From an uncultured Chloroflexia bacterium (lineage in GTDB: Bacteria > Chloroflexota > Chloroflexia > QHBQ01 > JADMIH01), in contig CAWCNY010000002.1 of the NCBI GenBank assembly GCA_963797095.1, forward strand, positions 256,001-320,000: 64,000 bases of DNA, given 5' to 3'. Under the pieces are notes generated by a model. It saw only the letters and a list, made by a program, of their open reading frames with translations. It made no database searches and was not told the DNA's origin. Position numbers and translations under genes: made by a program. Shown piece by piece: positions 56,521 to 64,000 of this stretch (position 1 is the first letter of the stretch; the number at the start of each line of letters is the position of its first letter).

Positions 56521-58455
56521 CTCAGACACGATCTTGCTCACCTGTCCCCTGGTAGCGTTATTAGCCGCTCGGAAGTAAGGTCTGTCATCGGGCGACACAC
56601 ATGGCTCGCCCGGCCCCCCGCATTGGTAGCCGCCGATTGCCCCTCTACTTGCCAGCCTCTGAACAAAATCGTAGAAGGTAGAGCCTGGCAGTACATCCTC
56701 AAATCGCTGATCGCCAGGTGGATCGCCATAGCCCGCTGCGTTGGCAACGATCTTCGCTATCTGACCTCGCGTGGCCTGTGCCCCAGGGCGGAAATAGGGC
56801 TTGTTCCCCGGTGGCACGCATGGCTCCCCCTCCCCACCGCACGGATACCCCGACATTACGCCCCGGTTCGCCAGCCTCTGTACCCAGATGAAGAATGGGC
56901 TTGTGGCCTCAGGTACATCCTGGAAGATCGCGAATCCCGTCGGGTCATTGAACCTTACTGCATTGCTCACTATCTTGGCAAGCTGCCCTCTGCTCACGTT
57001 CTCGCCTGGGCGGAAATACGGGTCGCTGTTCCCGTTGCAAGGCTCCCCTTCCCCTCCGCACGGATACCCGGACACGATCTGCTTGCACGCCAACAACCTG
57101 ACATATGAATAGAACGTAGAACCCGGAGGCACATCCTCGAACTCCAGTGTGCAGGCGGTCGGCGTAGAGGTTACAGTCCGCGTGGCGCTTGATGTCGGCG
57201 TGTTGGTGGGGCCTGTCGTGGGCGTTTCTGTTGTCGGAATGATCGTCGCGGTGGCGGTGGGCAGCCCCCCATCCCTCGCGAGCCTCATCACCAAGCCGTA
57301 GTAAACCCCTCCACCCTGTATGTAGTAGAGAGAGCCGTCGGGTGCGGTCTCAATATCCATATTGCACTCGACACCATCAACCCTCGCGCTGCCGGCCAGC
57401 GTCAGACGATCCTCGCTCAAGTACATGTGGTGGAATACCCCATCGGCATACGTGCACATAAATAGCTCATTCTGCCACTCCGGTATCATCGTGCCACTGT
57501 ATACTTCCACGCCGGTCGGCGCGAGACAGCATAGCCCTAACGGTACGTACCACAGCGGTGCAATCGTGTTATATGCAGGGTCGGGCCCGCCGGGATCGGG
57601 ATCGTCGCATGGATAAGAGCCGCGCCAGCCGTAGTCCCAACCTGCCTCCACCCTGTTCAGTTCGTCGTCGCAGCTAGGCCCGTTCTCGGTGGCGAATATC
57701 CTCCCCGTCACCACCTTATCGAAAGTGAAATCAAAGCTGTTGCGAAGGCCAAACGCGTAGAGCGATGAGAGCGCCCCGGTCTGGGTGAACACCGGGTTAT
57801 CCGCCGGTATGCTCCCGTCCGGGTTGATACGGTGCATCTTCCCCAGTGGCACCGTCACGTTCTGCCCGTTGCTCGCGTCCGAGTTATCTCCAGTCGAGAC
57901 ATACAGCTTGCCGTCTGGGCCGAAGTGAATGTTGTTGCCGCTATGGTACGTTCCCCTGAACGGGGTCGTGAAGATCGTAACCGGGTCGCTGCCCACCCCG
58001 TCGTGCTCGACAAACCGCGCCACCGTACTCAGCGTAAGGTCGCAATTGGAGAAGGCGGTATACTGCACGTACAGGTAGTGGTTCTCGGCGAAATCGGGAT
58101 CAACTGCCAGCCCCACCAGCCCACGCTCGTAGCAAGTATCCACGCTGAACGTGATAACTGGCGCGGCCTGAAGTGCCCCACCTTCGATCAGGCGCACCGC
58201 ACCCCCACGCTTGGCAAGGAACAGCCGTCCCGCCGGGTCGAACGCCATCGCCACCGGCTGGCTGATTGCCGTTGTCACCTGCTCCGGAACTACCCCTGGC
58301 GGCAGGGCCTCGTCAGCCTCCGCGACCGTTCCGCCCCGTTGCGTCCGTGGTGCCGCCTTCGCGTTCCGAGCTAACTGCGGCGAACCGGCTATGGCTATAG
58401 CGCCAAGCAGCAAAGTGGCCCCAAACAGGAATATCGCGATAGAATAGCGTTTCAT
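56503..58455 (-). CDS. PQQ-dependent sugar dehydrogenase (GSDH-type) with SLH domains
   Basis: ERGLVG, H.G..I.FGPDGKLY, GLRN, ENGP..DDELN; PT linker; 3 SLH. Confidence 0.9.
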   Translation of the reverse strand: MKRYSIAIFLFGATLLLGAIAIAGSPQLARNAKAAPRTQRGGTVAEADEALPPGVVPEQVTTAISQPVAMAFDPAGRLFLAKRGGAVRLIEGGALQAAPVITFSVDTCYERGLVGLAVDPDFAENHYLYVQYTAFSNCDLTLSTVARFVEHDGVGSDPVTIFTTPFRGTYHSGNNIHFGPDGKLYVSTGDNSDASNGQNVTVPLGKMHRINPDGSIPADNPVFTQTGALSSLYAFGLRNSFDFTFDKVVTGRIFATENGPSCDDELNRVEAGWDYGWRGSYPCDDPDPGGPDPAYNTIAPLWYVPLGLCCLAPTGVEVYSGTMIPEWQNELFMCTYADGVFHHMYLSEDRLTLAGSARVDGVECNMDIETAPDGSLYYIQGGGVYYGLVMRLARDGGLPTATATIIPTTETPTTGPTNTPTSSATRTVTSTPTACTLEFEDVPPGSTFYSYVRLLACKQIVSGYPCGGEGEPCNGNSDPYFRPGENVSRGQLAKIVSNAVRFNDPTGFAIFQDVPEATSPFFIWVQRLANRGVMSGYPCGGEGEPCVPPGNKPYFRPGAQATRGQIAKIVANAAGYGDPPGDQRFEDVLPGSTFYDFVQRLASRGAIGGYQCGGPGEPCVSPDDRPYFRAANNATRGQVSKIVSEVAGSR

Positions 58456-58467
58456 AGCTTAGGAAGC

Positions 58468-58494
58468 GTGGGGCTGCCCAACGGGCAACCCCAC
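58468..58494 (-). terminator. Intergenic hairpin between the two PQQ-DH genes
   Basis: GTGGGGCTGCCC / GGGCAACCCCAC stem; no clear T-tract. Confidence 0.4.
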
Positions 58495-58510
58495 ACACAT
58501 CGAAGAATCG

Positions 58511-61021
58511 CTACTTGTCATCAGGCTCTACCACATTGATAGTGCCCTGCATATAGGGGTGAGGTATACAGTGATAGGCGTAACTCCCCACCCTATCAAA
58601 GTACACATCCACAAACTGGTTCTGGTATATCCTGCCTGTATCGAAACTGCCGTCATCTACTGTGGCTGTGTGGTAGTCCAGGTCGCGGTTGATGAACCTC
58701 ACCGTCGTGCCCGGTGCTATTGTGATAGCGTCCGGGTGGTATGAGAACTCGCTTATCATCACCTTTACCGGTAGCACGCAACCGGGGTAAAAGGTGTTCG
58801 ATACGATCTTGGACAGTTGCCCCCTGGTGGCGTTGGCGGCTGGCCTGAAGTAAGGGCGGTTGTTCGGCTCGACGCACGGCTCGCCTGGCCCTCCACACGG
58901 ATATCCCTGCATGACATCCGGCCTGTTGAGCAGCAGCCTCTCCACGAAGATATGGAAGGTGCTACCCTCCTGCACGTCCTCGAAGGTTTGCGTGCCTGTC
59001 TGTATATCGTCGTCGAAGCCTGCCGCGTTTGATACGATCTTGGCGATCTGTCCCCTGGTAGCGTTGGACGACGGGCGGAAGTAAGGGTCGTTGTCACTGT
59101 TGCAAGGCTCGCCCGGCCCGCCGCATGGATAGCCCTGCATCACCTGGTACAGGGTCAGACGCTCGATATACACCCAGAAGGTCGAATCGGGTGGCACGTC
59201 CTCATAGGTCTGCGCGTCGGGCGACACGAAGTCGTCGAAGTTGGCGGCGTTAGCCACGATCTTGGCGATCTGCCCCCTCGATACCAGGTTGCCTGGGCGG
59301 AAATACGGATCGTGGTTGTCATCGCAAGGCTCGCCCGGTCCACCGCACTCGTACCCGTTGATGATCCCCTGGCAGGCCAGGCACTGGATGTATGGGTAGA
59401 AGGTGCTCTCCGGCGGTACATCGGTGAACTGTATAGTGCAGGCGGTTTGAGTAGGCAAGAGTGTAGGAGTAGAGGGCACAGGAGTGTCAGTATGGGTAGG
59501 TGGCAATGGCACAGGGGTATCCGTGCTTGTCGGTGGCGCTGGCGTGTCAGTACCGGTTGGTACTACCTCTGTGGGTGACGCAGTATCGGTGGCCGTGGCC
59601 GTGCTTGTATTGCTTGGCTCAGGCGTGGCGGTAGGCCCTCCCGGCGTCTGAGTAGGCAGCGGCGTATTCGAGTTTGTGGGTGTAGGAGTAATCGTTGGCG
59701 TGTTGGTATGTGTGGGTGTGTTGGTTGGTGGCGGTGTGTTAGTTCGCGTGTTGGTTGGCGGCGCAGGTGTGTTAGTGGACGATGGCGTGGCGGTGGCCCC
59801 GCCAGACCCAACGATACGCTTCAGATCGGTTGACGAACTGTATGGGCTGTGCTCAATGTACCACAATGCCCCATCCGGCCCCGTTTGCAGATCATCCTCC
59901 GTTGTCACCCCCTGTACCACGTTGGTTTGCGTCACCAGCGTGCGCTGCGCATTCAGGTAGAAGTGGCGAAGCTGCCCGGTGTTGGCCGCAGCCATGAACA
60001 ACTCATTGGTCCACTGAGGTATCTGGGTTCCTGTATATACCTCGATGCCTGTAGGCGCTACGCAGCACTGGCCGTTCGGCACGTACCACAGTGGCGGGAT
60101 CGTGTTGTACACGGGGCTTGGGCTGGGATCGTCGCACGGGTAGCTGGCTCGCCAGCCGTAATTGTAGCCCGCCTCGATGCGGTTCATCTCATCATCGCAG
60201 CTAGGTCCGTTCTCACTGGCGAATATGCGCGGGTAGGGGCTGGACGCCGTCAGCGGGTCCACAACAAAGTCGAAGCTATTGCGCACTCCCATCACATAGA
60301 GGGATGGCAGCGCCCCGGTCTGGGTGAACACGGGGTTGTCCGATGGGATGCTGCCGTCAGGGTTGAGGCGGTGTATCTTGCCGTTCTTGACGGTCACGTC
60401 CTGCGCATTGGCGGCGTTCGCGTTATCCCCTATGGTGATGTAGAGCTTGCCGTCGGGGCCAAAGTGGATATTGCCGCCGTTGTGGTTGCCCGCCGTCTGT
60501 GGCGATGTGAATATGTCCACGGAACCGGACCCCACCCCACTGTTCTCCACGAAGCGGGCTACCCTATTTGTCGTTGAGCCGCAAGCAGAGCCTGGATTAG
60601 CTGTGTAGTAGACGTAGATGTAGTGGTTGCTGTTGAAGTTGGGGTCTATAGCTATCCCCAACAAACCGCGCTCGGAGCACGAGTCCACATCATACGTAAT
60701 CACCGGCGCGGCCTGGAGCACTCCGTTGGCATACATGCGCACATAACCCGTGTACTTCTCGGTGAAGAATAGCCTGCCCGACGGATCGAAGGCCATCGAC
60801 ACGGGACCGCCGGTCAGCCCAGGCAACACTGTTTCGATACTTGCCCCCGTCGGCAAAGGCTCAGTGCCGTCCGCCGGCCTGTTGCTGTTGATTTGTATTG
60901 CCATCGCGCCTGAAGGCGCGGCGCTCGATGGCTGGGTCGATAGAGCCACCATACCCGCCAATGCTACCATCGCCAGCACGGCGATAATGGCGGGTATCTT
61001 CAACATAGATTTGCGTGTCAT
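58511..61021 (-). CDS. PQQ-dependent sugar dehydrogenase + SLH + C-terminal cupredoxin fusion
   Basis: GSDH motifs (ERGLLG, HNGG, GVRN); 3 SLH; type-1 copper ligands DYHT...YHCIPHPYM; GGAG RBS before ATG 61021. Confidence 0.9.
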   Translation of the reverse strand: MTRKSMLKIPAIIAVLAMVALAGMVALSTQPSSAAPSGAMAIQINSNRPADGTEPLPTGASIETVLPGLTGGPVSMAFDPSGRLFFTEKYTGYVRMYANGVLQAAPVITYDVDSCSERGLLGIAIDPNFNSNHYIYVYYTANPGSACGSTTNRVARFVENSGVGSGSVDIFTSPQTAGNHNGGNIHFGPDGKLYITIGDNANAANAQDVTVKNGKIHRLNPDGSIPSDNPVFTQTGALPSLYVMGVRNSFDFVVDPLTASSPYPRIFASENGPSCDDEMNRIEAGYNYGWRASYPCDDPSPSPVYNTIPPLWYVPNGQCCVAPTGIEVYTGTQIPQWTNELFMAAANTGQLRHFYLNAQRTLVTQTNVVQGVTTEDDLQTGPDGALWYIEHSPYSSSTDLKRIVGSGGATATPSSTNTPAPPTNTRTNTPPPTNTPTHTNTPTITPTPTNSNTPLPTQTPGGPTATPEPSNTSTATATDTASPTEVVPTGTDTPAPPTSTDTPVPLPPTHTDTPVPSTPTLLPTQTACTIQFTDVPPESTFYPYIQCLACQGIINGYECGGPGEPCDDNHDPYFRPGNLVSRGQIAKIVANAANFDDFVSPDAQTYEDVPPDSTFWVYIERLTLYQVMQGYPCGGPGEPCNSDNDPYFRPSSNATRGQIAKIVSNAAGFDDDIQTGTQTFEDVQEGSTFHIFVERLLLNRPDVMQGYPCGGPGEPCVEPNNRPYFRPAANATRGQLSKIVSNTFYPGCVLPVKVMISEFSYHPDAITIAPGTTVRFINRDLDYHTATVDDGSFDTGRIYQNQFVDVYFDRVGSYAYHCIPHPYMQGTINVVEPDDK

Positions 61022-61250
61022 GAACGGGACTCCTTCCTCCTCGACCGGTAGCCTGTGAGTTTGGTGGATCTCAGGCTCATGCTGCTCGCCGATCTGCAAA
61101 TGGCTTCTCTATGCGACATAAAGTGAAAATGGCAACAATAGTTTAGCCGTTGTCCTTCTCTTCCGCAAGTAGGCGCGACCCTTGCACCGCATCCATCATT
61201 TCATGCGCTCTTTCGCCAATCGATCGTTCAGGCTTGAGATAGCCGAGGTT

Positions 61251-62714
61251 CTAGATCACTCCCATACATTCGTGGCTATCCCCACATTCATAGTAAGGGT
61301 TGGTGAGAGTAGGATCGGGCGCAGGCTCAGGGCTTGGGAGAGCCGAAGCGGGTAGTTTCCAGGCGTTGAGGAATGCCCCTGACATCCAATAGACTGTTCC
61401 GGCTGATATGGCAGGTCCGCTGAACGTGACTCCACTGTTGGGGGGAGTGATCGTGCGAACCATTTCGCCTGTAGATGCGTCCAGGATGACAAGGTAGTTG
61501 TCGGTGTTGGCAAAGATAAGGCCGTTCGCGATGGCGAAACTGCCGTGCAATTCGCCAAATGGAGGCTGCACCCAGATTCCGCTACCGTCAGTAGGGTTCA
61601 GGCCGAACGTACCCTGTCTCGTGCCTATTACCAGAATGCCTCCATCTCCATATTCAGGGTCATAGGCAGCCAGCATCCCCACATTCGGGCCAGGGGTCCA
61701 ACTCCACAGTGGCCCTGCCGATAGATCATGGGCATCGTAAGCATAAAACGTGCCGTTCTTCTGACCCGCTCCCACCATCGAGCGCCTGCTGCTGTCACGG
61801 AATAGAATGGGGGTTGTTGCCCAATCCAGGTCTTCGTTGGGTACCCCCTGCCGGTCAGCGTCTCGTATTTCCAGTGTATTGGCGTCCATAGCCAGCAGGG
61901 CGCGTGTATAGGGGCCGTCGAAGCCCCCATTGTCCTCACCTGTCGCTACGTACAGAGTGCTGCCGTCTTCGCTGAGAGCCGGGGAGTTCCAGACATCCCC
62001 GCCTGTCTCCCCTTCCGGCACTATGAACCCGCTGGTTACGTGCTCGCCTGTGACAGCATTCAACTCGCGCACCTCGCCGCGCGTGGCGGGGTTGTCGCAA
62101 TCGGAGGCTACACCCACGTAAGTGCGCCCGTTGGCGATCAGGGGCGAGACCCATGCGAACCCGCTTGGCCCGGCGTCGAGAGGGTTGCGCCACAATATCG
62201 ACCCATCGCTCGCGTTGATCCCATAATAGGCCGAGTCTCCCCCGCCCATGATCAATTCGTTGTCTGAGAAGGCAGGCGTTGAGCCGATCCCCACGCCGAA
62301 ACACTCTTCCGCGTTATATCCTATGAACGCGCTCCATTTTGCGGTGCCGCTCTCAGCGTCCAGTGCAAAGAGGTTGTTGGCGTTGGAAACGCTGCTGGCG
62401 ACATATACGGTGTTCCCAACAACTACAGGTGCGCTGAATGCAGGTTTGCCCCTGTCGCCCATGCCGACATTGACCTGCCATGCCTGCTCTAGCTGGTCTA
62501 TGTTGTCTGCGCTGATGGCCTTCTCATCGGGGGCGTAGCTGGTGCGCTGCGGGTCGTGGCCGTACATCGGCCAGTCTCCAACCTGGGGTGAGCTAGCACT
62601 TACAGCCACAGCATTATGCGAGGTAGCCCCAACTGCTACAGCAAAGATCATCAAGAGGAAAATGGCAACGCGTATTGGCAGAGAATGTGGGTGGGTGATC
62701 ATGGCGGGCCTCAT
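61251..62714 (-). CDS. Secreted PQQ-like beta-propeller repeat protein
   Basis: Signal peptide; WPMYGHD..RT; repeated ALDA..G...W blades; GGDVW.SPA. Confidence 0.85.
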   Translation of the reverse strand: MRPAMITHPHSLPIRVAIFLLMIFAVAVGATSHNAVAVSASSPQVGDWPMYGHDPQRTSYAPDEKAISADNIDQLEQAWQVNVGMGDRGKPAFSAPVVVGNTVYVASSVSNANNLFALDAESGTAKWSAFIGYNAEECFGVGIGSTPAFSDNELIMGGGDSAYYGINASDGSILWRNPLDAGPSGFAWVSPLIANGRTYVGVASDCDNPATRGEVRELNAVTGEHVTSGFIVPEGETGGDVWNSPALSEDGSTLYVATGEDNGGFDGPYTRALLAMDANTLEIRDADRQGVPNEDLDWATTPILFRDSSRRSMVGAGQKNGTFYAYDAHDLSAGPLWSWTPGPNVGMLAAYDPEYGDGGILVIGTRQGTFGLNPTDGSGIWVQPPFGELHGSFAIANGLIFANTDNYLVILDASTGEMVRTITPPNSGVTFSGPAISAGTVYWMSGAFLNAWKLPASALPSPEPAPDPTLTNPYYECGDSHECMGVI

Positions 62715-63074
62715 CCGGTCGTGATATAGGGACGCAACTATCGCGCTATGCGGCTTCGCGCAAGGCTTTTATCGTGAGGAATTATTGGCTTGGGACGATG
62801 GCCCGTGGGTTCCGGGCACACGCGTGATAGACCAATATCGTCTATCATCCAACGTTCGTCCAACTCTACCAGGGCATGGGAGACTATATATGGGACATAT
62901 TAGGTGAATGCAGCCCACGTGTCAAATCTTTTGGCAGTCGGTGGTTGCGAGCACGCGAACGTTCAGCACCTTGCTCCCCCAACTCCATATATGATAAACT
63001 CACCAGGGCTTACAACACCAACCAGGAACCAGGAATAAACGTCCAAACCTAACATCCTCCGACTACCAACTACG

Positions 63075-64000
63075 ATGCAATCCGACCTCACAACTAATCT
63101 CACCGCCTGGGCGTTCGCACTGTTTGTCTACCCGGGCTTCCTCTTCGCGCTAGCCCTTGCGCTGGTAGGCGTATGGCTGGCGGGCGTCCTCCACCCCTTG
63201 TTCACCCCCAGGCTTTATAGAGGCCGCGCGCGTGTAGGTGGTTTGCTCGACCCCCTTTTGACCCTCCTCAAGCTCCTCGCCCGCAAGGATGCTGTGCGCT
63301 GGCAGGCCCCTACCTCAAGTACAAGCGGCGATACATCCCTGTCACCACACCCCGCCGAGAGTATGCTCACGCTTGTGGGCGCGATAGCCCCTCTCCTCGC
63401 CCTTACGCTCATGCCTGTAACCGGCAACCCGGTGATCCAGGTACTGGGCGTGCATGGCGACCTCTTCCTTGTACTTGCACTTCTTGCCGCCTATCCGCTC
63501 GCATCGGCTGCGGCCCAGGCGCGCGGTGCAAGCCTTTCCGCCTTTGACGGTGCGCAAGCAGCTGGAGCCCTCATTACCGGCCTTATCCCCACCCTCATCC
63601 TAGTAGCGGCTCTGGTGCAAGTAGCAAGCGCACCCAGTCTCAATTTAGACGGCCTCCTCGCTGCCCCTCAGACGCCGGAACAGACTTTCGTTCGCCTACT
63701 GGCAGGGATGGGTTTGCTGGTGGCCCTTCCCTGGTGGCTAGGTCGCAGACCTTCCCACCATACTAATAGCGGGATGGGCGTGGGTATGCTGGCTGGCGGG
63801 CTCTTCCAGAGCGCCGCCCTGTCCGTACTCTGGTCCATCCTCGTCCTGCCTACTACCGACGATATCTCCTGGTCCTTGGTCATTCTGGTCGCCGGTGCGC
63901 TCTTCGCCCTTGTTGCTATGCGCTTGATAGGCGATAGGTGGTGGCCCACCCGCCGCACAGCAGATGCCGCCAACCTCGTTTGGGCGGCCACCCTCCCTGT
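63075..64000 (+). CDS. Divergent NuoH/HycD-like multi-TM protein, 3'-truncated by window edge (not in ORF track)
   Basis: Frame open to the window end; FVYPGFLF, LLDPLLTLLKLLARK, GDL, ALP...RRP and R...D...W...LP echo NuoH. Confidence 0.6.
   Translation, partial: MQSDLTTNLTAWAFALFVYPGFLFALALALVGVWLAGVLHPLFTPRLYRGRARVGGLLDPLLTLLKLLARKDAVRWQAPTSSTSGDTSLSPHPAESMLTLVGAIAPLLALTLMPVTGNPVIQVLGVHGDLFLVLALLAAYPLASAAAQARGASLSAFDGAQAAGALITGLIPTLILVAALVQVASAPSLNLDGLLAAPQTPEQTFVRLLAGMGLLVALPWWLGRRPSHHTNSGMGVGMLAGGLFQSAALSVLWSILVLPTTDDISWSLVILVAGALFALVAMRLIGDRWWPTRRTADAANLVWAATLP

Overview
Bacterial chromosomal window of about 60% GC, most likely from a Chloroflexota (Chloroflexia-like) organism. This is inferred from SLH proteins with CGGPGEPC loops, YFPETG/QYFERARFE repeats and GAAC-N4-GTTC LexA boxes. 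Core genes include corA, lexA, pgi, rpsU-yqeY-GNAT-pgpH-ybeY-dgkA, trxA, a beta-carbonic anhydrase, an FTR1 iron permease, and a LolA-like protein with an ABC transporter. Four large SLH-anchored surface proteins and cell-wall glycosylation genes are also present. Mobile DNA is abundant: three IS elements with intact terminal inverted repeats (TIRs) and target-site duplications (TSDs), several MITEs, REP clusters and heptamer tandem repeats. Best leads: (1) a transposase-less composite element bounded by two ISAs1-type MITEs that carries padR plus an F420-type oxidoreductase gene; (2) lexA followed by a second S24 self-cleaving protein with an unrecognised N-terminus, a DinB-like gene and a degenerate FtsK-like ATPase, plus three promoters with an SOS box in the -35/-10 spacer; (3) a Tat-exported 12-Cys mini-protein coupled to a Kelch-SLH protein; (4) a PQQ dehydrogenase-SLH-amicyanin-like fusion; (5) a 6S-like rod-shaped RNA; (6) several small membrane ORFs missed by the ORF track, next to a rhomboid protease. 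No CRISPR array, tRNA or rRNA was seen. All calls come from reading the sequence by eye; no searches were run.
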